Positions 1-13,756 of a DNA stretch of 64,000 nucleotides are shown piece by piece; the stretch's first letter is position 1, and the number at the start of each line of letters is the position of its first letter. A program made the position numbers and the translations under genes. The stretch is taken from assembly GCA_051294375.1 (NCBI GenBank), contig CM119269.1, positions 2,207,601-2,271,600 of the forward strand. The letters are read 5' to 3'. This DNA is from Paraspadella gotoi (Eukaryota; Animalia; Chaetognatha). Below the pieces are notes generated by a model that saw only the letters and a list, made by a program, of their open reading frames with translations, had not been told where the DNA came from and did no database searches.

Positions 1-9
1 TTATTATGT

Positions 10-250
10 TGTGGTGAATCCAGAATTCGCCTTCCGTATAGCTTGGTGGCTTGGACAGCTAAGTACTCGTTCACCAACCGTGAGTTTCGTGTTCAATCCC
101 CTCACGTTCACGCTGGTTGAAGTGTGATGGTGTCGGCATAAACACGCCAGTGACATGGGGTGGTCACTGCAGGTCCAAAGCCCTGAATGCCAGCTGTCGG
201 GAGATGCCTCACACCCCAGGCATCACACATGTCCCTCCGTGCCATAATGA
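10..250 (+). mobile_element. tRNA-derived SINE-like repeat, family A
   Basis: tRNA-like head (tagcttggtgg...gttcaatccc). Related copies at ~5070-5840 (split by an insertion), ~6797-6900 (truncated) and ~29345-29430 (reverse, diverged). Confidence 0.65.
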
Positions 251-379
251 CAAACTTAAAATGAAAATATATTTTTTTAAATTATCGCGAAATTTTCTGG
301 TAATTTTTCATTTATAGTATAATTTATATTACCTAGAAACTAAATATAACTGAACGTTCAGTTTCAGATCATCACTATC

Positions 380-3300
380 ATGATTATGGCTTCTGGTTTA
401 GAATCTTCACAGAATACAGACAATTCCAATGATCGAATTCTCGAAGGTAATTTTCTTTCTTTCTTTTTCTTCTTTCCGCATTATCTGATATTTTTGCGAA
501 TACTAAATATTTGTTTTTTGAGAAATGTAAATAATTATCATAGTATGGCTTTTCGTTTCTAGGTACAAAAAAAAATTAATGCCAAATGACATAATGACTG
601 AATTAGTTGCTCGAAATTCTTTCGTTTCTTTCACCGTGTTTGTTAAAATCACAATATATTTTTACAGAACAATCGTTCACTCCACATCCACGTCGTGCAA
701 TGGCGTCACTTTGGATTTTTATGGTTCTGTTTGGCGTCACCGGAAACGGTTGTGTCATTTACATCTTCACCAAATTTAAAAATATGAGAACAGTGACCAA
801 TCGGTAAATTTAAAAAAATGTACAGAGGTCCAGCTCTAATGGGACTAATTTCAAGTGCTTATTGCACAAAAACAATTTATGATAGAGGGAAAAAGAGACT
901 ATTTTTGTTAACTAAGCTAAATTTTCTTTCGATCGCTATTCAAAATGTCTGGATAATCCAACAGCAAATACTGTAATTAAAGCTTTTTGCATAACATGTC
1001 AAATTTTTTGGCGCCGCTTCCTTAAAAAAAATTTGAAATTTAGGAAATTTTGCCAAAAATCAAGATGAAAGATAGAAATAGGGACTTTTGGCCCCTCAGT
1101 TTTTCTGACTGCAATCCTCCTCATTAATGAAAATATAGGATAGAGAAGCAAAATGTTCCACTGTCAACTTTTTGACAGCAACAATAGTGACAGAAATGAC
1201 AGCATTCCCGATGGGCACGGTCGGAAAAGCTTATGCTTCTTTGAACGTTTGTAGAAGGTCATTGTTTCTGAAGGTAAATCTTTTTAATTGATTGTATTGT
1301 CATTACAATTTTTTACAAGTGTACGTACTAATTTTAATTGATTTTTATTATTTACCTGACATTGTATTAATTCATTTTTTTCATTGATTTTGTGTTTTAG
1401 ATAAGAAAAAAAGTATTTCTTTAATCAACAACGACGGTTTATTAAAAATCAGACATGAGCTGATGAAGATTTGTAATGCAAAGTCGAAACATGTCTAATT
1501 CTTAATAAACCATCGTTGATTAAAGAAATTCTTTTTTCTCATCTATTTACCTGTCCAAACGATTTTTTAAAGTTAGTCCCAAAAATCTGGACCTTCCTGT
1601 ATGTAACCACGTCGTTATTTTATAAAACTTAATCGTAAAATCATCCTGCAGTTTCTAAATGTAACGAAGGATGGTAATACAAGTTTACATGTGCCAAGTA
1701 AACAAGGAGCTAAATAATGATATATTAAATAAAATCATGATAATAGTTTCATGCCAAACCCACAGTCATATCGTAAACCTCGCCATCACAGACGTGACTT
1801 TTTTAGTCTTCTGTCAGCCGCTCAAAATCATTTTATTCCCAAAAAAACAACAAAATTGATAAAAGTTTCATACTAAACCCACAGTTACATCGTAAACCTC
1901 GCCATCACAGACGTGACTTTCTTAGTCTTCTGTGTGCCGCTCACAATCTTCTATTACCTCAATCAGAATTGGCCCTTCGGAGACGCAGTCTGCAAAGCTT
2001 CTATCTACATGGCCTATGTTACGCTGCAGGTAGTTATCACCCGTAAAATTTTTTGAATACTTTTTTTCATAATTTGATTTCTTTTCGAATTAAGGCTACT
2101 TGTTTAACTCTGGCTGCCATGACGATCGACAGGTACCGAGCTGCGGCGCAAAAAAAAGTAGCCACTTTTTCAAATCGAAAGAAACCGTATCAGATGGCTG
2201 AATTCTACAAAGATATAGAAATATAAAACAACTTATTGAAAGATAAAGCGATGAGTCCAAGTCCCAATAAAATCGAGGAAAGCGTTCGAAAGTTATAGGA
2301 CAAAAAAGTCGATTGGTACAAAAATCTGGAAATAAAAATAGTTTTCGTCAAAAAGAAATAATGAATTTTCCTTATTAAAAAAATGTTTATAATACATGAA
2401 ATTGGCTGAACAAATTCAGCATAAAATATCTGTAAGGATAGGTGTCAACCATTTTTAACCTTAATCCTATTAAAATAAGTAAGGAAACTGTATAGAAAAA
2501 CAATCAGTCAGTTAAAGAAGTATCAACTTAACCTCCAAAAATGACTTTCCCAATTCCGTTTTCAGACTGACTTATTGCTGAATGCTACTTACTGCCTGAA
2601 CCAAAATAGCTATACTTTTCATAAATATTTTCTCAAAATTAAAAAAGAACTAGTGGGATATTTAAATTAAAGCTAACTTTTTTTTGCGCCGCAGTGTAAT
2701 GGTAGTTACCAGTTGATAATGAAAGGGAGTAAGGGAGTACGTCTACTTCTTCTCTCCATTTTCGACTGACTAGATACTACGCCATTTGCCACCCATTTGC
2801 CTCGTTGAGACATCGTCGCCCGATCGTAGCGATACTCGTCAGCGTGGGTGTATGGGCTCTTAGTTTTCCCCTGTCTACGCCCTATTTACTTTACAGCGAA
2901 ATCATGTAAGCAAAAATAAGATCATGAGGTTACAATCACAACCGCCGCAATAAAAGTAATGAATAAAACTAAATAACTAAACACAAACTCACAGCTCACA
3001 TAAATTTCTGCTAACCTATTGACTCCAGGGAAATTCCAGATGGTTCAGTCGCCTGCCTCGAAAACTGGAACAAAACTGGAAATGCATTTTGGATCGGGTA
3101 AGGAAATATGGCTGTAGATAAAGGCTTGATGACAATTATATCGGTACATACAGAGAGACGGATGGGTCGGCTAACTCAATTGACTACAGAACTGTAGATC
3201 AAAATCCGCTCCGGAAGTACGGACCGTTCTTTAATCAAATAGAAAGCTTGTTCGCAACTTTAGCAATAATAAATCGAATCATTATATATTAAATTTTGTT

Positions 3301-6300
3301 TAGCGGAAGCGTTACTATCTACACAGTGATTATTTCCTACGCGCTTCCGCTGTTGGTCATCTTCGTTTGCTATGGCAAAATCCTCAATGCCTTGTGGACA
3401 AGAAGAAATGCGACAAAAGCGGTATGAAATAAAATTAATGAAATGATATGAAATAAAATATTTGTTTACTTTTTTACACAACAAACACATGGCTTACAAC
3501 AAACACATGGTTTAAAAATGAGAACAAGGATTTTCGATTTTTACACTACGCAGAGTGTATTGAATTTTGTAACAATTGGCGCCAAACGGTAACTCACAAA
3601 CATGCAAAAAGAAAAATACAGAAAGCGATGAGAAAAGGCATAATAGATCCCTTATAAAAGAGATTTGATCCTCTCCACTACTTAATATACTTCTTGGCCT
3701 TCCACGCGTCCAGCTCCTTTTTGTACTTGTCCTTGTTTGCTTTGGCTTTTTTCTCGTAGGGTTCCTTCTCTGCGGCGGACATAGCCTTCCACTTGGGTCC
3801 TAGCTCCTTCATAACTTGGCTTACCTGAACAATTATTGAAACATTAGGTTATACCACCTCATTGATAGGGATGCCAGTTGTTATTATCTTGTGTGATGGA
3901 GGCCCAAGCCAAAGTCAGGGGCAAGATAGAATGAAATATTGTATGAATTAATGTACCAATTTCATAATAATTTTGCTTTTATTGAAGTTTTTAATGCCTT
4001 TTTGGGTAGAATTTTACTTTTGCCGACTGGGGTTTTGGCTTTTTTTTTTTAATTTAAAAATAAATATTATATAAAAAAATTATTACCTAATTACCTTAAC
4101 CCTAAACCACCCTAACCCTAAACCGCCATTAACACTAACTCCCTCTAACCCCAGTCTGCGAAAACATATTATATCCCTTTTGGTTTAGTTTTTTCAATAC
4201 ATTGTAAATTTTCTATGATTTTTTTTTTTAACAAAATTTATACTAAGAATTATCGCCATTTCAACTTACCTTATTTCCCTTTTTCTTTATTTTCGCCGAC
4301 TCGTCATGGAGGAATAAAGCGTAAGCGCGCATTGCTGGTTTAACCGGAGCAGGTCCAGCGTCATGAATACCCATATTTTATGATTTTGGTGAAATTCAAA
4401 AAAAGTAGAAGCACCTAATAAAAAAAGTATAAAAATTAAGCACTCAAGTATGAGACGACGAAGAGACAACTATGTAAATTATTATTACTTTTTAAATCGG
4501 TTGCAATCCTAAACTTTTTCGTAGAATTTTTGCAAAATTTGGTCGGCTTTCTTTGTCTCGAGATGGGAACGAGAGCGTCTTGCGTTGCTTAGAGACCAAA
4601 AAACAAATGAATTCACAGAATTGTCAGAATGGAGACAAATTTTTTTCATGCCATAAAATTAGGGCATTTGACATACACTTCAATTTACAAAATCGATTTA
4701 ATAATGTCATCAAAATAATCCATTGCATTGAGCGGTTGCACAATATAGAATTCGACTAAGAGTTTTAATTATTAAATCACAATTAAATTTCACAAATTAA
4801 ATCACAATTAAATTTTACAATTTTCTGTAATCAAGCCTGATGTAAGAATTAACTTTTTTTTAGGAATCGTTACGAGTCTTCAAAAGGATTAAAAATCGAA
4901 TGAACTTGGAGCGAAGCTCTTCCGCGGGTACTCGACCAATATTTTTATTTCTTTTAGTTTTCTTTAAATCATGCACCGACTTCTCGACTTCGTAGAGACT
5001 ATATTGAGTCACAACTTTGTAGATAGTCTCTAATCGTAAATTTGCTTCCCGTTTATCTTAATGAAGCCAAGTATAGCTAAGATTAGTTAAGTACTCGCTT
5101 ACCAACCGTGAGTTCCGGAATCAATCCCCTCACGATTGCGCTGGTTAAGTTTGATGGTACCTGTATAAACACTATATTTAGATATGAGATAGTATGATTA
5201 ACTAATACAAAAAATATTTTATTCATATTGTTTCGGGAACAGAATAGTAAAATATATATTTGTAATAATATTCTTATAAAATAGTAAATTTTAAAAATAT
5301 ATTTTTTAAAACTTTTAATAAAGATTCAGATTCTTTATAAAAAGTTGAATCAAAAATATAAAACATGTTATTAAAAATTCTGTCATCTTCACCATTTAAA
5401 ACGATAATTTTTTTATTCTTTATAATAAAAACTTATATATGTTAAAATGTTTTAATCATTTTTTGCGATCTAAACATTAAAATATCATATAACATATTTT
5501 ATAAAAGTTTTTTTATTTTTTTACAGCGAATCCAAATCTGTTTTTAAAAATAAAAAACAAATATTTTAAAATTTAACAATTTTATAAGGATATTACTACT
5601 TAAATAATTGAATTTACTATACTGTTATGCTAACAAAATTTTTAAAAGGATTTAAAATTTATTAATTATATATCCATAGGCAGCAAAAAAATGATGTTCA
5701 ATCGCTCAATCTTTTCATCACTCCACCCTAATAAACATGCCAGTGACATAGGGGGTCACTGGAAGTCCAAAGCCCATAGCGCCAGCTGTCGGGAGATGTT
5801 TCACTCCTCCGGCATCGCACACGTTTCTTTGTTGGCATAAATTATTATTTTTATTATTATTATTATTATGCCATTGTGTAAAGACTTTTGTTTTCGTTGT
5901 TTTTAGTATTATTATTTTTATTCTTTGCCAAAACAAATCAAATTGTTTTTCTCCTAATTATTATTATGGCATAATACATCGGTTTTGTTTTTCTCGGCAA
6001 TTTTAGACTTGTTAAACTTAAAGCGAAGTTGGAATAGTTGAAAGGTTATCACCGTTATGAGTAATACACCAAGTAAACGTCACAACGCTTTCAATTTTCA
6101 TTCATGACATTGACAGATCTTGAATTCAAATGTTTTCAATGAAATTTTCAGGAGACAAAATTTCCGAAGCAGAATCGAAGGACTCGCTTGAAATAGAGGT
6201 GAATGACCTTATTTCTACCAGTAGTGAGAACTGTGAAGTTAAGAATGATCGATGAGTGAATAGTGAGTCACGTATATACCTCGAAGAATTGAATTTTTTT

Positions 6301-7978
6301 TTCTATGTATAGTTGTATACTATGTATTCTGTTGTATACTGTTGTATAGTGTTGCCAATAACATGCGATCATTAAAGTTTAATGCGTTTGTACCTTTTAA
6401 ATTTAATTCATTTTTTTCATTTCTTACAGAAATGTAGTCGACCGAATGATATTCGATTCGTCTCACTTTCGGGAATTTCCACTACAACAGACCTGCACAA
6501 GCGACAAAGAATTAAGGTGTTTAATTCGTAATAAATAGTAATAAATCACATTTTTAATGGGATGAAGCTAAACTGTGAAAAATTATTATTACGAAATATA
6601 CAGGTTACGAAGATGGTGGGATTAGTGATAGGATTGTTCATGGTGTGCTGGGCACCGGCTCATAGTATGAATCTCTGGATGAAACTCGATCCGAATTTTC
6701 CACGAACATCGGCGGTCTATTATTTAAAAATGACGTTTCACACAATCTCTTATCTCAACAGGTAATGACGAATCGGACGGAGGTCAAGTGTCTGTTGATA
6801 TAATTATAATAGGAACCGTGTGGCGAATCCTAAATTCGCCTCCCGTATAGCTTGGTGAAAGTCAGACATGGGGTGGTCTCTGCAGATCCAAATCCCTGAA
6901 ATAAGGGAATATGGTCCTTTTATACAGTAAGATTTTTATCGTTTGCAACATTTCGTGACGGCAATTCTAATAATATCTAATTATCTATGCAATCGTAAAA
7001 TTGTAATAGTTTACTGATAGTCGGTTTTGAAGATCTCTCAATGAAGTGGTATAATGTTTCAAAGAATGTTTCAATTGTATGAAAAGACCACTCCTTTAAG
7101 GGAAATAATATATTGTTCTCCGCCCAGCATCAAAGATATAAGAAAAATAAAGTTTTTATAAAAGAAATCTATGTGTGCTATTAAAAGTAGTTATAAAATT
7201 CTTTATATTTTACTGTAAATTTTGAAAATTAAAAAAAATAAAAAATCACCTGTTATTTGTTAAAAAGATTATCTCATTTTTTTTTAAAGTTACAAAGCAC
7301 CAAACTTCATTATAGCCGAGAAGTTAATACTAAAGACATGAAATTGGTACAACTAATATAAAAACATATTAGAATTATATAAAGGTTGGTTTAATTTGAA
7401 AGCTTGCAGAGACCTGCTATATCATTATTTTGTCAAATTGAGGGAGGCCTTAAAGTTGAAACCACCATAACCTGTTCAAAGTCAGGGGTAAGAAAGCTGA
7501 ATGAATGGATAATTTCATATTAGTTGTACCAAGTTCATAAAAGAAATAAAATAGGGCAACAGACAGAACGACCGGAATGTGATTTACTCACGGCGCAACT
7601 AAAAATGAAAAAGAGGAGGAATAACGAACGTGACAATCTAATCTAAAAGTATAAAGAAACTTGGAAAAAAAACCTGATATTATAATTATTATATTTTGTT
7701 TTCAGCATTCTCAATCCCCTGATTTATGCATTTATGGGCGACAATTTCCGTAAACATTTTATACGCGTTCTCTGCCAATGTCGTGGAGGTGAGAACGGAT
7801 AAAATAATTGAGGTCATGATGATCCCGTGAACTTTTAAACTTGCGAACTTCTGCCCCTCAACTCCCTTTTAAACGATTTTTTTTTCGGTCACGTTTTTTT
7901 GTTCACGTTTAACTCTTTTTTTTCAATTACGTCTTAGTACGTACTGATTCCAACCAAAAGAGTAATCTCAGATTCTAA
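380..7978 (+). CDS. Rhodopsin-class peptide GPCR, kisspeptin receptor (GPR54)/galanin-receptor-like, about 12 exons
   Basis: Manually spliced exons give [39 protein letters not shown] (TM1-2), CKASIYMAYVTLQATCLTLAAMTIDRYYAICHP (TM3/DRY), YALPLLVIFVCYGKI (TM5), LFMVCWAP (TM6) and SYLNSILNPLIYAFMGDNFRKHF (TM7). The motifs MRTVTN.YI.NLA.TDVTFL and QATC.TL.AM..DR closely match KISS1R. Exons start near 380, 668, 1885, 2096, 2774, 3029, 3304, 6152, 6430, 6604, 7707 and 7938; the ICL3 and last-exon boundaries are less certain. Confidence 0.88.
822..1599. mobile_element. Tc1/mariner-type MITE containing an internal ~140-bp hairpin (1398-1545)
   Basis: ta|cagaggtccagctctaatgggactaa ... ttagtcccaaaaatctggaccttcctg|ta: terminal inverted repeats flanked by TA. 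Same family as 44674-45098. Confidence 0.75.
2137..2696. mobile_element. MITE in GPCR intron
   Basis: ctgcggcgcaaaaaaaagtagc ... gctaactttttttgcgccgcagtgta inverted termini. Confidence 0.65.
3678..4374 (-). CDS. Small single HMG-box protein (~83 aa, HMG-D/NHP6-like), nested antisense in a GPCR intron
   Basis: Exon 1 (4374-4270) MGIHDAGPAPVKPAMRAYALFLHDESAKIKKKGNK|gtaagt joins in phase 0 to exon 2 (3824-3678) cag|VSQVMKELGPKWKAMSAAEKEPYEKKAKANKDKYKKELDAWKAKKYIK*. It carries the HMG-box pattern P..AY.LF...LG.KW..MS..EK.PY...A. Not in the ORF track. Confidence 0.85.
4075..4155. repeat. Degenerate CCCTAA-containing repeat, related to 63860-63945 (reverse)
   Basis: ttattacctaattaccttaaccctaaaccaccctaaccctaaacc versus the reverse complement of ggtttcgggttagggtaattaggtaata. 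Confidence 0.55.
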
Positions 7979-8052
7979 ATAAAAGTCAAGTGGATTTATA
8001 CCCGAAAAAAAACTGATAATCATCGCAGCGAATATCTCCTTAAAACTTTTCA

Positions 8053-11000
8053 CTAGACACAACAAACAAGACGGGGACCGCACGTTGGTGGCGAAGGAAT
8101 GAAGACGATGGAAGATGGTCGGAGCGACGTCAGCCTTCCAGGACGATCAGTAAATAATGGTTTGGAGTTCGGGTGAAAAGAGAATGGCGATGCGGTCTCC
8201 TTGAGTTAAGGTCAATTTGAATGGTTTTTTTTTTTAGGCGAGGAAATGTAATTGAGTAAAAATTATGTCGGGCCGGGATTTAAAAGAATTTTGTAATGTA
8301 AAAAGAACTTTTACCCGGATATGAAAGGAACGTGAAACCGGTAAGTTGAGATAGGTGGTCTTGAGAGTCAAAGAATGTTTCAATTGTATGAAAAGACCAC
8401 TCCCTTAAGTATTAGATCGGGGAATACTTATTGTACTCCGCACTAGCATCAAAATACAAGAAGCTGAATTTTATGAAATTGGTACAACCAATATAAAAAT
8501 TATCCATTCATTTAATAAATAAGCTATCTTGCCCCTGACTTTGGACAGGCTTTGGTGGTTTAAGGCCTCCATCACTCTTACAAGATAATTACATAGCAGG
8601 TCCCTGCAAGCTTTCGATCAAGACTCTCTCACAGTCCCGTTTATTTACTCCCAGAGTACCTGGCTTCCTGCATAATAGCATCAAAATACAAGGAGCTGAA
8701 TTTTATGAAATTGGTACAACCAATATAAAAATTATCCATTCATTTAATAAATAAGCTATCTATTTTTGAAAATTGTTCGTTTGGTCGAGTAAAAATTTTA
8801 AAATATATTGATGATGCTTAAATTTAGTTTTAAGCTTAAAATATAAGCCTTTAGTTGGCTTTATAATTTTTACCTACTTTATGAACGAGTTTAAAATGAA
8901 TCATTTTGAAATATATTTGAAGCTCAGAGCGAATATTGTAAAATTAAAAATAAATAATTTCATACATGTAATTTTAAAATTTTGATTTAATACCAAATAT
9001 AAATTTCGAGTTTTTAATACGCTTTAATGCACAGAGTCATAGTTACTAGTAGTATGGAATTCCGGTAATTATTACAGTTTTAAAATAGATATGGAAAGAG
9101 ATCACACTAATGAAGAATTTTATTCCTTAATTATCGCCGCAAGAAACTTACATCGGGTTCTTCAGTCTCGCCAAAGCTCTTTTTCAAAATACTTATTTTA
9201 TGTAAAATGATTAAAGTTCAAAGTCATTTGTCAAAATAATCTGTATACCTTTGAAGTTTTGAAGTTATACAATAAGCATTCCATATTTGGATCAACTCAT
9301 TAATAGCAAAATTATTAAACAAATAAATAACATGCTTTATAACTAATTATACCAATTTTTTTTATATTTTGAGCCAGCGCGAAAAATAAAATTCAACCCG
9401 AACACAATTATTTTTCATTATATCTTAATATATATAAATATATATATGTAATTGTAAGCTTGACTAAATTCCACCAATTTAAACAGCGGCCATTACTGCA
9501 GAAACCAAGTCATTCGCCTCACAACCCAAAGGTCTGGGTTTCTATACCGGTGGAGGCACAGGGATAACAATTATTCTGTATAAAGTGTATATTATTTTAT
9601 TTTATTTCAGCTACGTCGATTCGATATGTGGCGACGAACGCAGTTTCCCAAAAATAAATATATTTTAACTACGAACTAACGAGATTTGTTTCTTTAAATC
9701 GTTTTTGTAACCGTTTTAAAATTTATTTTACTATTATTAACTGCCTGTGGCGTCTTCTACATGCAGTTTAAATTTGTTTTGCCCAAATACAAGTATAAAA
9801 ACGCAGAGTAATTTGTATATTATATTTTTTTTCGCAGTATTTATAATTGTTAAAACTACGCAGTTTTTAATCAGTGGAAACATTAATTATCAACTTAATT
9901 CACTTCTGGTTTTCGCACCACGCATACAAGATAACTCGATCGGCGAGTTGTTACGACCCAAGTATTTCTCCTTTCAAACTGGAGTGGATTTTGGAGTCGT
10001 CGGCTCAGGAGCGAATAAAAGCAACTCTCGGAGAAGTCTCTTTACTTCATTTGACGCAAGCCTCGCGAAATAAACTTCGATTTTCCATAAATATAAGTTC
10101 GTCGTTCAAACGTGTTCATCCTAATCGTTGATCGCTACACGATGAATGGTTTCGAACTAACTCTTCACATTTTTTCCGGTGAGTTTTGGACATTGGGCTT
10201 GTTCTGATATCCGATATTAACATTAACATTTTCCCAGTATGTATCCCTATCAGAGCTTACGATTCTACTTAGTATTATCCTTGAGAAAATAAAAATTGAA
10301 AAAAATTACCCATTCCACCCCTTTCTGTTCAGCCTTTGAGATATTATAAGGTTCTCATTAATGATTTTCTTACAGAAATGATCTATTTAGAAAACTAGGG
10401 CAGGAAGTTATATAACCTTGTGTTGTATAGATGCTCCCTCTATTTCCATAAGAATATAATATTTTTCAGATTTAGATTATCAAAAACAAAAATTAATAAA
10501 AAATAATAATAAAAATTTAAAAAAATAGAATTTGTAATATATAATTTTAATGAATATTATAAAATTTAAAACTTAAAATATGAAAATTGCAAAATTACTT
10601 GTTTCACTAATTGAAAAAATCCGAAAATATTTATTTTTAAGACCTACTTTATCCTTAACAGCTACTGGAGACTATTTGCTACTGCGCAACATCAAAGACA
10701 TCTAAAAAGCGAAGACCAATATTCCCTCAGAATCCCCGACATTCCGCGTAGTTGCATTGCTTTTATTCAATTAGTACTTTCTCAAGTCTTTCAAAGAGGT
10801 GAGAAAAAATAATTTCATTCTCTTGATACGACGCTGATTGAAAATGCTACATTACCGACCAAAATTAAACATTGCATCCTAAATTCCGAGTAAGAATGAA
10901 ATCTCTGATCGTGGTTCTATATTAAATATGTAAAAAGTTAAATGTTCATCAATACTAGTTAAATTATTTCAACCTCAACAAGAAATGAACTTGAATAGTG

Positions 11001-12968
11001 CATGATCCCGGGCACAAAGAAAAGAAAGAGAAAGAAAAAGAAATTCGTTCAAAAATTATCTAAAAAAACAAGACACGTGAACGGGTCGTGAAAGCTTTTT
11101 GGGCCGGCGGACCGATGGGCCGGCGGATCGATCGGGTTTTTTTTTACTTAAACTTGGTGTTCAACTTCAAGGCAAAGACTAATCCGTATTGAATTAAACC
11201 TCATTTTTCTTCTTCTCTTGATTCACCTCATGGGCCAATTGATCTTGAGATTTCCGCGGATTTAGTTGCACAAAACAATGAAACAGATGTAAAAAGAGTA
11301 AAGAGACCTTGAAGGAGTTAATACTCGCTAGCCCTCAATACCAACAAAAATAAAAGTTAGGAATCAAAATTTAGCAATAAAATCTTAAAAATTATGCTAT
11401 TAATGAATATTTATTTGTTTTTATTATGGTAATATCCCAGTCAGTTGTATTTAGTATAATGTCGAAATTTCAAAATCATTTTAGATTCTGAAGAAATTCT
11501 GATTCCTCATAATTAATTAAAAAAATATAAACTTTTTCAAATAGAAAAAAGTTAATTTCTAAGCTGAAAGTCAAAAATCGGTATTTTAAGTATGGTTATT
11601 ACATTTTTAACCACTTTAATGAAAGCACATTTTAAAAATTATAATTTCTTTTATAATAATTTATAATAATATTATAATTTTTTTTATCAATCCGTTCTGA
11701 AAGAGAGAGAGAGAGAGCGCAAATCGTTTTCAGACGAATCGGCAGCAGCAGAGGCACCCAGAAAAAAAGAAAGAAATCAAAAGGCAGCAACAGAAGCAGC
11801 AGGAGAAAAGAAATATGAAAATAAAAGAGAAAATTTGTTTGTTTTGATAAAACGTAAACAAAACATATTTAATAACTCAATTTTAAGCACATCGATGATG
11901 AGAAGCTGTATATAAATTTTCAGCTTCATACACCCAAATTTAATCATAAAAAAGGCGATCTAAAATTTGGAACGACGACGAGGACGACGCCACTTATGGG
12001 CAAAAGCGATACAATATCGTCGCAATCGCTTAGATGCAAACATAAAAACAAACTTAATTTGTATTGTAAAGGGGTAATTTTCTGGGGGCCCAGAGCCCAC
12101 AAACAATTTCAGGACGGGCCCCCAGCGGGTCTGAAAATGTTTTTTTCGTTAGCAGCCTTGATTCCGGAACCTTTAATTCGGCAATGGGCTTGCTACCGGT
12201 GGTCATACCGATCCTTAACAAATAGTCCCAGCTCCTTGCTAATGAGTGAAGCGTTGTCAACGCTTAACTAATAGTCCCAATAGTCTCAACGGCGTTAAGA
12301 GTAGATATATTATATCACAATAATAGAGCAATAGTAGAGCAAAACTGAAAAGTACCATATTGAACTTGAATTTCAGGCGCATTTCTGTGATTTTATCATC
12401 ACTGGGCGACGTAGATTGAGGCGCAAGCATAAAATGGCAGCAATTCCGGGTAAGTTGCGGTATAATCCATAATTTCCTTGCAATAGTTCCCAAATAAAAC
12501 GCGTTGTATTCCAAATTAACTAAAGGCGCTGTCTACACGGCGGGAAAGATTCACGGCGACCTCAATAAATTCCGTCAGAGGTCAGCGTCCGACGGGCACA
12601 ATTCCATGCGAGAAAAGCACGTTCCCAAACTTCAAAGGGTAAGAAAAAATAAAAGCTTAACATAACCGTTCGTTACTGGTCTTAAAGTCCAACCAACCTC
12701 TTCGGTCACTCCGTAGTATATGTCAACGGTTGAGAATCCTCGGGGGCCCCTCGATATCTCGGAGGCTGTGATCAGCCCCGCTTCTTCCAACGACTCGGTT
12801 CGCTCCGTCTTCTCTGGGATGATCGGAAGCGTCTTTGGCTTCAGAGGGAGGAGGTCGGTCGATGGGAGTATTCCCGAAGACGGACGGCGCTCTGACTCGT
12901 AAGCGGATTATCATGGAAACCATTTCTGTTCTGATCTAACAATTTTGACCTCCCTTTTTCTTCTTCAT
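8053..12968 (-). CDS. Candidate small unknown gene (3 putative exons: 12968-12950, ~12892-12699, ~8199-8053)
   Basis: GC-rich islands with phase-compatible GT-AG sites give MKKKKG|ERRPSSGILPSTDLLPLKPK...IYYGVTEE|ETASPFSFHP...PRLVCCV*. No homology recognised and the joins are inferred only. Confidence 0.3.
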
Positions 12969-13103
12969 TCAGAGCGGTCTTCCCGACTGCCGGTTCGATC
13001 GCCGACCTCGCCAACCTTAAATGATGCCAAGCAAAAAATACGTGCAGTTGCCAGTATTCGTGCGTGTCCCATAACATATTATAAAATGTGGTACCCCTTT
13101 TTT

Positions 13104-13756
13104 TTGACCAGAATCAGTTCCCACCAAACTACCCGATCGAATTTAACGAAGTTTTACATTTAGAGTGCTAATGACTAAATAAATGGAACTATCGAGGCAA
13201 ATTTATATATTCAACCCCTGACAAGAGATACAGGACCCTGGGGGGTGGACCCCTGGGGGGCCAAAAAATGCTAAAATTTTTTTTTTTCATTTTTCAAATT
13301 TTTTTAGTAGAATCAGGTGCATTGACGTTTTAAACAGAAGAAAAAAACATTTTAGAACTAAAATTGAGAAATTTTCAATAAATTTTCAATAAATTTTCAA
13401 TAATTTTCAATAATTTTCAATAATTACTTCCAATTTTCCCAAATTATTCCAAAACTGCTGATGTTCATGAAGCTAAAAATTAAAGTAAATGGATATTTTT
13501 GAGGTAATAAATACGTTTTTGTGGAAACGTAAACGTCTGTGCAACTGTTCAAAACAAAAATAATAAAAAAATTTGAAAAAAATTTTTGACCATTTTTTAC
13601 CCCCATGGGTGACACCCCAGGGGGCCCATATCTCGGCTCAGCGGTGAAATATTGAAATTCGCCTCGATAGTTCTATTTGTATTCACATAGGGATAGTTCA
13701 TTCCAAATTTCAATAAATTTGGTCCAGTAGTTTTCTCGGAACGAGTTCTGGTCACA
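13104..13756. mobile_element. Foldback/MITE with long imperfect inverted arms
   Basis: gaccagaa...gaactatcgaggcaaattt is mirrored by aaattcgcctcgatagttc...ttctggtc. Internal (aattttcaat)n repeats. Confidence 0.75.

Noticed and set aside
30-110. tRNA-like sequences (also at 35525-35595 and 57575-57640)
   Set aside because: No convincing cloverleaf, and each continues into a shared repeat body, so they are SINE heads rather than tRNA genes.
9600-12500. Short ORFs in AT-rich DNA
   Set aside because: No recognisable motifs or exon-like composition; probably decayed repeats.
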